From positions 1 through 38,611 of IMG/VR virus record IMGVR_UViG_3300046688_000010: a DNA stretch of 38,611 nt; one strand, 5' to 3'. This DNA is from a virus. This document shows positions 22,029 through 27,786 of the stretch, in pieces (the stretch's first letter is position 1; each line of letters opens with the position of its first letter). The position numbers and the translations under genes were made by a program. The notes under the pieces were generated by a model. The model was not told where the DNA came from. It did no database searches and saw nothing but the letters and a program-made list of their open reading frames with translations.

Positions 22029-22219
22029 TTCGGGGCCTCGGCCTTGGGCTTGCGGTTGCGGACGCGGGGCTTGCTGTTGACGGCCGAGATGACCCCGCGC
22101 AGGTTGAAGTCGGCCTCGGGCACCACCTGGGTGAAGACGTCGGTGGTTGTCGTCTCATTGCCGACGACACTGCCGTCGTTGCCACCGATCTCGGTGACGG
22201 TGATGCGGTAAGTTTTCAT
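22025..22219 (-). CDS. Hypothetical protein (64 aa) with a basic C-terminal tail
   Basis: ATGA-coupled at both ends. Confidence 0.65.
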   Translation of the reverse strand: MKTYRITVTEIGGNDGSVVGNETTTTDVFTQVVPEADFNLRGVISAVNSKPRVRNRKPKAEAPK

Positions 22220-22488
22220 TCGGTTGCCTCATAGAGTTCGTTCCATTGATCTTGAACTGCTTCCTCCCACCACTCATGCCCGACTGAGCGGAGACCATCG
22301 ATGAACTGCTCGGCGGTGCAGGGCCTGCACTCATCGCAGAATTCCAACCAGCCGGTGCGAAGCTTGTTGCCGTCGTCGGTGTTGCACATTTCGATCATGG
22401 CCGCACGGGCGCGGTCGTTCATCTCTTCGCTGACACCAGGGTCCATCGCGTTCTCCTCGGCGGCGGACAGGTATTCGTAGTGGCTCAT
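22216..22488 (-). CDS. Hypothetical acidic protein (90 aa)
   Basis: ATG 22488 starts MSHYEY. The longer track ORF upstream is Arg-rich shadow sequence. Confidence 0.65.
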   Translation of the reverse strand: MSHYEYLSAAEENAMDPGVSEEMNDRARAAMIEMCNTDDGNKLRTGWLEFCDECRPCTAEQFIDGLRSVGHEWWEEAVQDQWNELYEATE

Positions 22489-22607
22489 GCTGGTTCCCTT
22501 TTCCGCCCAGCAACCAGGCCGCATTTGCGTGCGGCTGCGCTGATCGTGGAGCCTTTGTCGACCATGCGTATGGCGGACTCGGTTGCGGCTGAGATACGGC
22601 CGCTCAA
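22485..22607 (-). CDS. Candidate 40-aa HTH-like peptide with a TTG start
   Basis: TTG 22607 overlaps the upstream TGA, and its own TGA overlaps ATG 22488, so it fills the 115-nt gap exactly. ESAIRMVDKGSTISAAARKCGL looks like a helix-turn-helix. An alternative start is ATG 22565 (26 aa). Confidence 0.35.
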   Translation of the reverse strand: MSGRISAATESAIRMVDKGSTISAAARKCGLVAGRKREPA

Positions 22608-22924
22608 ATATAAAATGGACTGGCCTTGCGGTACTGGTGCAATTTGTCCATGTAGACTTGGCGGCGAATTGCGTTAATTGACTTGATGTATTCCACCGTT
22701 TGCAGGTCATCACTAGTCTTGCTCGCGATGGGGACTGGTGCCGCTGGCATCGGTTCCGACACCGAAACCTTGAGAGCGTCCGGGCAGACCGCCCTCGCTG
22801 CCGCAAACTGGCGCTGGGTCAAATAACGAATGCTACTGCTTCCCTTTGCCGCGTTGAACCATTGACCATCCCAATAGAGGCCGGTCACTGTGTTTTGTGC
22901 TACAAATTTCGGCGCTGTCTTCAT
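22604..22924 (-). CDS. Hypothetical protein (106 aa), first gene after the internal promoter copy
   Basis: GGAGAA precedes ATG 22924. Confidence 0.7.
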   Translation of the reverse strand: MKTAPKFVAQNTVTGLYWDGQWFNAAKGSSSIRYLTQRQFAAARAVCPDALKVSVSEPMPAAPVPIASKTSDDLQTVEYIKSINAIRRQVYMDKLHQYRKASPFYI

Positions 22925-22961
22925 TTGTTTCTCCGGTTGGTACTGCGTTGTTGATGTCTGA

Positions 22962-22990
22962 ATTATCACCGCAGCGTAGAAAAGTGTCAA
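22962..22990 (-). promoter_or_regulatory. Sigma70-type promoter (copy A of the duplicated module)
   Basis: On the - strand: TTGACA (22990-22985), 17-nt spacer, GATAAT (22967-22962). An A/T-rich UP-like tract lies upstream. It sits in the 83-bp gap between 23008 and 22924. Confidence 0.65.
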
Positions 22991-23007
22991 TAGTTTTTCT
23001 AATATAT

Positions 23008-23298
23008 TTAACCATTGTCGTATTCCTGCTGCAACAGGTCTTCGATGGCCGCATCCTTGGTCGGGCCGCGGCCGATCAGACATCCCGGCTCGTAGCCGTC
23101 GCGGTAGGCGGACCAGTCCATCGAGCGAATGGGGATCGGCGGGTAGTCGAAGTAGGTGTGGATGCGCTCGGACTTGACCTTGAACCCGGAGCGCTTGCGC
23201 AGCCGGATCAATTCATCGTGCTCAAGATCGAGCTCCCACGGCACCTGGTAGTTGGTTTTCATGTCAAGGCAACAATTGTCTAGTTCTTGCATTGACAT
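23008..23298 (-). CDS. Hypothetical protein (start ambiguous: 23298, 23292 or 23262)
   Basis: 96-aa track ORF. Starting at ATG 23262 would give 84 aa and abut the upstream stop. Confidence 0.65.
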   Translation of the reverse strand: MSMQELDNCCLDMKTNYQVPWELDLEHDELIRLRKRSGFKVKSERIHTYFDYPPIPIRSMDWSAYRDGYEPGCLIGRGPTKDAAIEDLLQQEYDNG

Positions 23299-23476
23299 GG
23301 GCGACGATCACCTGGGCGAGCTCCAGCTCGCGGTTGACCAGGTCGGCGATGAACTGCTCGTGATCGGCCTGGGCGCGCAGCCGGTCGCGGACCCGGGCGA
23401 AGGTGGCGCCGACGTCGGTCGACGCCGAGTTGCGATAGACAAAGCGCGGATCCAGGATGGAGATGGGTGGTTTCAT
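23264..23476 (-). CDS. Hypothetical protein (70 aa)
   Basis: Compact operon context with coding-type codon bias. Confidence 0.65.
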   Translation of the reverse strand: MKPPISILDPRFVYRNSASTDVGATFARVRDRLRAQADHEQFIADLVNRELELAQVIVAHVNARTRQLLP

Positions 23477-23478
23477 AG

Positions 23479-23634
23479 TCAGAGTCCAGTGAGGTGGAGC
23501 ACGAGCAGCGCAATGGCGGCGAGGGTCAGCGCCGCGGCAACGACGCGATCGGCGATCATTGTTTGTCCCTGGCGCGAATGATGGCCGCCTCGGCGCGGAC
23601 CCCGGCGTCGAACTCGCGGGGATAGGGTCTTCAC
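23479..23634 (-). CDS. Candidate small membrane protein (51 aa from GTG 23634, or 26 aa from ATG 23559)
   Basis: GTG 23634 overlaps the upstream stop (GTGA). Basic N-terminus followed by the TM helix VVAAALTLAAIALLVLHL. Confidence 0.4.
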   Translation of the reverse strand: MKTLSPRVRRRGPRRGGHHSRQGQTMIADRVVAAALTLAAIALLVLHLTGL

Positions 23635-23825
23635 GCAGCCACCTCGAGTGCGACCGGCTTGATGCCGAGCGCGGTGTCGATATCGTCGACCAGGGTCTCG
23701 ACGTTGGTCAGGTACGGGTGCAGGTGGAGCAGCACGGTGAGGCACCCCGAGGCCTTGGCCAGCAGGTGCCGGGCACGGTCCTTGTCTTCCTGCGACCAGT
23801 CCTGGTAGGTGTTGGGCAATTCCAT
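23631..23825 (-). CDS. Hypothetical protein (64 aa)
   Basis: AAGGAG precedes ATG 23825. Confidence 0.7.
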   Translation of the reverse strand: MELPNTYQDWSQEDKDRARHLLAKASGCLTVLLHLHPYLTNVETLVDDIDTALGIKPVALEVAA

Positions 23826-23826
23826 T

Positions 23827-24012
23827 TCAGACTCCTTTCGCGGCGAGGTTGTAGGCGTCGAGCAGCGAGGCGTAGCCGACGTGGTTCACGGACTGGTTGG
23901 ACACGAAGGCGCAAGCGGTGGTCGGGCCGACGCCGGCGCCGACCAGGGTCAGCACCTGGACGAGCGGCTCGAGCAGCTTGGGCGGGACGGCGTCGATGCG
24001 GTAGGTCTTCAT
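23827..24012 (-). CDS. Hypothetical protein (61 aa)
   Basis: AAGGAG precedes ATG 24012. Confidence 0.7.
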   Translation of the reverse strand: MKTYRIDAVPPKLLEPLVQVLTLVGAGVGPTTACAFVSNQSVNHVGYASLLDAYNLAAKGV

Positions 24013-24023
24013 GCTGTTGCTCC

Positions 24024-24146
24024 TTAGTGAGGAAGGCGGAGGATGACGCCGAGGATCAGGTAACCGTAGATGGCGATCGGGGCGATGACGCCAACGGTGA
24101 TACCGACCAGCGCCGCGGCGTCCTTCAGAATTTCAAACTTGGTCAT
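24024..24146 (-). CDS. 40-aa single-TM peptide, first gene of the leftward early operon
   Basis: AGGAAA precedes ATG 24146. Sequence: MTKFEILKDAAALVGITVGVIAPIAIYGYLILGVILRLPH. Confidence 0.55.
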   Translation of the reverse strand: MTKFEILKDAAALVGITVGVIAPIAIYGYLILGVILRLPH

Positions 24147-24176
24147 TGCGTTTCCTGGTGCGTTGTTGATGTACGA

Positions 24177-24205
24177 ATTGTCAGGCAAGTGTAGGTATGT
24201 GTCAA
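24177..24205 (-). promoter_or_regulatory. Sigma70-type leftward early promoter (copy B of the duplicated module)
   Basis: On the - strand: TTGACA (24205-24200), 17-nt spacer, GACAAT (24182-24177). Confidence 0.6.
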
Positions 24206-24232
24206 TAGGCTTTCTAATAATTTTCCTGGGTG

Positions 24233-24261
24233 TTGCCAAATAGTCACGGTATTGCGACAAT
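24233..24261 (+). promoter_or_regulatory. Candidate rightward early promoter, divergent from the leftward one
   Basis: TTGCCA (24233-38), 17-nt spacer, GACAAT (24256-61). The predicted start site falls at or next to ATG 24269. The palindrome ATTGcgaCAAT (24251-61) overlaps the -10. Confidence 0.5.
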
Positions 24262-24268
24262 GGCCGCC

Positions 24269-24532
24269 ATGAACCTACACGACTATCTGACGACCACCAC
24301 CCAGCAGGAGCTGGCTGATCGCCTGGGGGTGACCCAGGGCATCATTTCGCAGTGGGTGCTCGGGCGGGTCCCGGTGCCACCCGAACGGGCCGCGGCGATC
24401 GAGCGCGCCACCCAGGGCGAGGTGACCCGGGTCGAGCTCAGGCCGGATGTCTTCGGCCCGTTGGGGATCCGCAGGAAACGACGCAATAAGAATTCGCCGA
24501 CCCCGCATGGCGGCGATCCCGGCAGTGCTTAA
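24269..24532 (+). CDS. Cro/YdaS-family HTH regulator
   Basis: QQELADRLGVTQGIISQWVLGRVPVPPERAAAIERATQGEVTRVELRPDVFG closely parallels E. coli YdaS (...VNQWIKGVRQLPAERCPAIERATRGEVLCEELRPD). No SD is present. ATG 24260 is an alternative start. Confidence 0.85.
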   Translation: MNLHDYLTTTTQQELADRLGVTQGIISQWVLGRVPVPPERAAAIERATQGEVTRVELRPDVFGPLGIRRKRRNKNSPTPHGGDPGSA

Positions 24533-24557
24533 TTCATTTCGACTGCACGGGTGTTTG

Positions 24558-24595
24558 GGGGGTGGTGTACGGAGCCGTAGACCACCCCCGTTTTT
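24558..24595 (+). terminator. Strong intrinsic terminator directly after the Cro-like gene
   Basis: GGGGGTGGT (24558-66) pairs with ACCACCCCC (24581-89). The stem is extended by UACG/CGUA inside the loop and followed by GUUUUU. Confidence 0.75.
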
Positions 24596-24606
24596 AGGAG
24601 GGTGTC

Positions 24607-24786
24607 ATGGTCTACGACCTGGATGGAGAGGTGTGGGTGATCCTGGGTGAGGGTGAGGTGATCATCCGGCTGGCGGCAAGCAAGGCGCCGGACGAGACGC
24701 TGACCTATATCGGACCGGCGGAGAGGTACAAGCCAGGCCTGAGAATTCCCGGAAAGGGAATAGCCAGGCCTGAGAATTCCCGATGA
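24607..24786 (+). CDS. Hypothetical 59-aa protein
   Basis: AGGAGG lies 5 nt upstream of the ATG. It was missed by the 60-aa ORF cutoff. The 3' third uses rare A/T-ending codons and carries the 21-bp direct repeats. Confidence 0.55.
   Translation: MVYDLDGEVWVILGEGEVIIRLAASKAPDETLTYIGPAERYKPGLRIPGKGIARPENSR
24731..24782. repeat. Perfect 21-bp direct repeat x2 with a 31-bp period
   Basis: AGCCAGGCCTGAGAATTCCCG occurs at 24731-51 and 24762-82. The two copies are read in different codon phases. Confidence 0.95.
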
Positions 24787-24802
24787 GGGAGGGAAGGAAA
24801 GC

Positions 24803-24991
24803 ATGCTTCATTTATTGGTCTCACTCATTTTTGTATTCTGTCTTGCGCTGTGGCTGCTCGAGCTGCTGGAGATCCTCTTCGCCCACTTCGACGCCTATCT
24901 GGGCGATCGGCAGAAGGCAAGGGCCAACCCGCGGCCGAAGCTGAGCTCGGCGCAGCACCAACGCAGAATGCTGGGCTACCCGGAAAAGTAG
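24803..24991 (+). CDS. Small single-TM protein with a basic C-terminus (62 aa)
   Basis: A purine-rich SD (GAGGGAGGGAAGGAAAGC) precedes the ATG. TM helix LLVSLIFVFCLALWLLELLEILF. Confidence 0.65.
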   Translation: MLHLLVSLIFVFCLALWLLELLEILFAHFDAYLGDRQKARANPRPKLSSAQHQRRMLGYPEK

Positions 24992-25041
24992 TTGGGCAAG
25001 TAGTTTTCCTTTACTTCCCATTTTCCCAGATGTAAGCTATT

Positions 25042-25411
25042 CCACGTCGAGTGGCATCGGCGACACGCAACGAAGGCCCTCTGGTAGAGGGGTGGACCGG
25101 GTAATACCGGCGGCTTTGTTGCGTAAGCTGATGCCATCCGTCCCTCGACCACAGGGCCTTTTCCTATGGCGATGGAGAGACTGGCCCGGGGCTCGGGACT
25201 ACACAGCGACAGGGGCCCCAGGTGAGAAGTGGTACTGGTCGGACAGTTGCGGAAGCACCACACATACGGGCGGTGAAGCTAGCACCCGTGCAACGAAAGG
25301 CTAGCCCGGCACGCGACCGACGGCGAAGCAGCAGCCTGTGGATAAGTGCGAATTGTCCCATTCCGGTGGGATGGTTCCGGCTGCTCCCTCCAGCGAAACG
25401 CACGTGGTTTT
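25042..25411 (+). ncRNA. Candidate novel structured RNA (~370 nt), family unknown
   Basis: ORF-poor island with many nested helices and an H-type pseudoknot (coordinates in the findings). G-U pairs favour the + strand. A promoter-like TTTACT-17-TAAGCT lies at 25010-38, and a U-run follows the closing helix. Confidence 0.45.
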
Positions 25412-25454
25412 GACTTTGATCTATATAAAAGAAGTTGCTTTTGACTTTGACTTT
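25408..25454. repeat. TTTTGACTTTGA 12-mer x2 (31-bp period) plus an overlapping third TTTGACTTT, around an A/T-rich tract
   Basis: Copies at 25408-19 and 25439-50, with a partial copy at 25446-54. TATATAAAAGAAG lies between them. The element provides three TTGACT -35-like hexamers. Confidence 0.6.
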
Positions 25455-25488
25455 AAAACCTTAGTATTCATAGATAAGGGGGTTGCCC

Positions 25489-25728
25489 GTGAAAAACTTT
25501 CAGAGCGCGACCGGGCTGGCGCTGGACGCTGACTTCGCTACCCACCGCCAGAGTTGCGCGCGGTGCGCCGGGTACAGCGCCGGGCAGCCGGCGACGCTGG
25601 CCAACTGCTGTCTCGAGGGGGTGGTGTTGCTCAAACGCGACATGCCGCACAAGAAGCGCATCAGCCGCGAGCGCAGCGAGCACCGCACGACCAAGTCCGG
25701 GCTGGCCGCTGCGATGCGCTACCGGTGA
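25489..25728 (+). CDS. Cys-rich hypothetical protein (79 aa)
   Basis: GTG 25489 lies behind AAGGGGG (TTG 25483 is an alternative start). Contains C-x2-C ... CC and a basic C-terminus. Confidence 0.6.
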   Translation: MKNFQSATGLALDADFATHRQSCARCAGYSAGQPATLANCCLEGVVLLKRDMPHKKRISRERSEHRTTKSGLAAAMRYR

Positions 25729-26255
25729 TGGACGGTACTAACCTCGAGCTGTTCGAGTACGGCATCCATACCGAGCACAGCGATATTCGAGCTCACGTGT
25801 CGGTGGTGAACCGCGCGGTCTATGTGTTCCTGACCAAGAATGGCATTGCCGCCGCGGCGCTGCGCCAGGTACCGCTGGTCGACGCCGGCCAGCCTGGGGT
25901 GAAGGGCAGGACCGCCGAGGGTTGGTTGGTCAAGCCGGAGTGGATCGCCGACCTGCGCCGGCTGCCGTTCGTTTCCTGGCCGCGCTGGGGCGACTTCGAT
26001 CCCGGCATGACCACTACCGAGAAGGGCGCGCTGGCCGTCCAGTGCGTGTTGCAGACGATGAAGCTCGGGCGCTTTCCGATCTGGTTTGACGCCACCGAGG
26101 ACGATCGCCACAACGTGCAGATCCTGGGCACCGATATCCTGGTGTTCTGCAAGAAGAAGGTCCAGGTCAAGTGCGACTGGAAGTGCGGTGGTCCGCTCGG
26201 TACCGGTAACCTGTTCCTGCAGAAGGCCGAGCGCAACCCGCTCAAGCGGCATTGA
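25728..26255 (+). CDS. Putative PD-(D/E)XK-fold nuclease (175 aa)
   Basis: TGATG start overlap. ...TEKGALAV..., ...GTDILVFCKKKVQVKCDW... fits an E / D / (E/Q)xK arrangement. The assignment is tentative. Confidence 0.6.
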   Translation: MDGTNLELFEYGIHTEHSDIRAHVSVVNRAVYVFLTKNGIAAAALRQVPLVDAGQPGVKGRTAEGWLVKPEWIADLRRLPFVSWPRWGDFDPGMTTTEKGALAVQCVLQTMKLGRFPIWFDATEDDRHNVQILGTDILVFCKKKVQVKCDWKCGGPLGTGNLFLQKAERNPLKRH

Positions 26256-26563
26256 TGCGCAGGGCGGCCAAGGTCGACGCCAACCATGCTGCGATCGCCG
26301 CGGCATTGCGCCAGACTGGCTGCACGGTGTTGAGCCTGGCCCCCATCGGCCAGGGTTGTCCTGACCTGCTGGTGGGCCGCGGCGGGGTGTGGGGCATGAA
26401 CCTGCTGCTGGAGATCAAGGATGGTGACAAGTCGCCCAGCCGGCGCGAGCTGACCCCGGACCAGGAGACCTTCCTGCAAAGCTGGAACGGGCCGATCGCG
26501 GTGGTGATGTCGCTGGAAGAGGCCCTAGCAGCGGTGCAGAGGCACCTGGGACGCTTGCGCTGA
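26255..26563 (+). CDS. VRR-NUC-type PD-(D/E)XK nuclease (Holliday-junction-resolvase-like)
   Basis: 102 aa. GCPDLLVG....LLLEIKDG....[26 protein letters not shown] matches the VRR-NUC motif order as I recall it. Confidence 0.75.
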   Translation: MRRAAKVDANHAAIAAALRQTGCTVLSLAPIGQGCPDLLVGRGGVWGMNLLLEIKDGDKSPSRRELTPDQETFLQSWNGPIAVVMSLEEALAAVQRHLGRLR

Positions 26564-26721
26564 TGGACCCGACCGATATCCTGTCCTGGCTTGTGATGAT
26601 CCTGCTGGTGTGCGTATATTTCGTACTGCTGGCGATCTGGGAAAGTTTTCGAGCTCGAGCAAGACGGCGCGAGTACATGCGCCGGTTCTGGACCGAACGC
26701 AGGCGAAGGGGGTTGCGATGA
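26563..26721 (+). CDS. Candidate 52-aa single-TM peptide with an Arg-rich tail
   Basis: The ATG overlaps the upstream stop (TGATG) and the TGA overlaps the next ATG (ATGA). Sequence: [52 protein letters not shown]. Confidence 0.5.
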   Translation: MDPTDILSWLVMILLVCVYFVLLAIWESFRARARRREYMRRFWTERRRRGLR

Positions 26722-27431
26722 AAGTCTACGTGGGCGGGGTGGAGGTACTGACGGCGACGCAGATCACGATCACCGACGACGGTGCGCCACCGCCATCGGG
26801 CGGCGGTACGCCGGGTCCGGCCGGCCCTCCTGGTCCGCAGGGTGTACCCGGTCCCGCAGGGCCGCAGGGTGCTACTGGCCCAGCCGGCGCCCAGGGACCG
26901 CAAGGGGTGGCTGGACCGCAGGGACCACAAGGGCCTGCAGGGCCGCAGGGACCGGCCGGTGGCACTACCCCACCACCCGACCCCGGCGACGGCGGCACCG
27001 ACCCGCCACCGCCCACTGGCGGGGGTGACTACGCCACCCCGACGGTGCCGATCATCGTGCCCTGGCCTGCCTCGGGCCAGGTTACCCTGCACGTCACCCT
27101 CGGCTACAACGAGACCAAAACCCATCGCCTGGTGTGGAAGGACGCGATGGACCCGGCCAAGACCGGTTTTGTGCGGGTGGTCGAGCAGCCCGGTTCTGCG
27201 GTGATGCCAAGGACGTTCACGCTCAACAACAACGGCGTCGCCAAATTCGGGCCGCACACCGAGAACGCGCCGGGGGCCAGCCTGGTCAACTATCCGACAC
27301 CGGGGTCACCCTCGACGGTGAGCATGAAGTACGACGATACGCTCGACATCATCATTACCAACGGCGACCGGCCACTGGGTGGTGCGAACGGCAACATCCT
27401 GCTCGACATTGGCGTGCCCATGAGGTACTGA
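26718..27431 (+). CDS. Collagen triple-helix-repeat protein (237 aa) outside the structural module
   Basis: Seventeen uninterrupted G-X-Y triplets ([22 protein letters not shown]...GPAG, nt ~26800-26955). These are followed by a Pro-rich linker and a ~150-aa beta-rich C-terminal domain. Confidence 0.85.
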   Translation: MKVYVGGVEVLTATQITITDDGAPPPSGGGTPGPAGPPGPQGVPGPAGPQGATGPAGAQGPQGVAGPQGPQGPAGPQGPAGGTTPPPDPGDGGTDPPPPTGGGDYATPTVPIIVPWPASGQVTLHVTLGYNETKTHRLVWKDAMDPAKTGFVRVVEQPGSAVMPRTFTLNNNGVAKFGPHTENAPGASLVNYPTPGSPSTVSMKYDDTLDIIITNGDRPLGGANGNILLDIGVPMRY

Positions 27432-27432
27432 C

Positions 27433-27636
27433 ATGGAAACCTACCAGCAGCGGGTGATCGAGGAAAAGGCGCAGCTCGACGAGAGGCTCAAGGCGCTGCG
27501 CGCATTCCGCAAGGCGGCGCTGGCCAACATCGTGGTGCCGGCAAGGGAACTCGAATTGCTGGGTGGGCAGGAGCTGGCGATGTCGATGTACAGCAGGGCG
27601 CTGGCCGACCGTATCTCTTACTTCCCGAAGGACTGA
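27433..27636 (+). CDS. Hypothetical helical protein (67 aa)
   Basis: Compact coupling. The pattern QRVIEEKAQLDERLKAL..F resembles a widespread small phage protein family (from memory). Confidence 0.75.
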   Translation: METYQQRVIEEKAQLDERLKALRAFRKAALANIVVPARELELLGGQELAMSMYSRALADRISYFPKD

Positions 27637-27639
27637 TCC

Positions 27640-27786
27640 ATGCCAGCCAGATACCTTGCCATTCGCAACAAGCTGCGCCAGGAGGGCCTGAAGCCGGCCG
27701 CGGCGAAGACTGCTGCGGCGAAGATCTTCAACGCCACCAGGCGCCCCAAAACGGCCCCGGTGACCGGCAAGCACAAGGCGAAGTGA
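27640..27786 (+). CDS. Hypothetical basic 48-aa protein
   Basis: GAAGGA precedes ATG 27640. Sequence: MPARYLAIRNKLRQEGLKPAAAKTAAAKIFNATRRPKTAPVTGKHKAK. Below the ORF-track cutoff. Confidence 0.6.
   Translation: MPARYLAIRNKLRQEGLKPAAAKTAAAKIFNATRRPKTAPVTGKHKAK

Noticed and set aside
22489-22603. Hairpin GCCGCA-TTTGCG-TGCGGC (22519-36) as an intra-operon terminator.
   Set aside because: No U-run follows on the - strand, and the segment is better explained as coding for the 40-aa HTH-like peptide.
24731-24782. The 21-bp direct repeats as attP core or integration arms.
   Set aside because: No integrase, recombinase or transposase gene exists in the genome, and the repeat bears no resemblance to a tRNA 3' end. 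They are kept as a regulatory or iteron candidate instead.
24529-24804. - strand 91-aa ORF spanning the Cro terminator and the 59-aa gene.
   Set aside because: It is antisense to a gene with a perfect SD, runs through the terminator hairpin, and has no SD or operon context.
25042-25411. Tested the structured region by eye against tRNA, tmRNA, RNase P RNA, 6S RNA, group I/II introns and retron msr/msd.
   Set aside because: There is no T-loop (GGTTCGAATCC-like) or CCA end and no RNase P conserved GAGGAAAGUCC / ACAGAAC motifs. The flanking ORFs do not join into a split gene, and no reverse transcriptase or maturase is present anywhere in the genome. A covariance-model search is still needed.
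24976-25532. ORFs of 63-95 aa within the structured island (24976..25263 -, 25092..25304 +, 25164..25403 -, 25222..25413 +, 25338..25532 +).
   Set aside because: None has a usable SD. Third positions are rich in A/T, unlike real genes here. The translations are low-plausibility, and the ORFs overlap one another in all frames.
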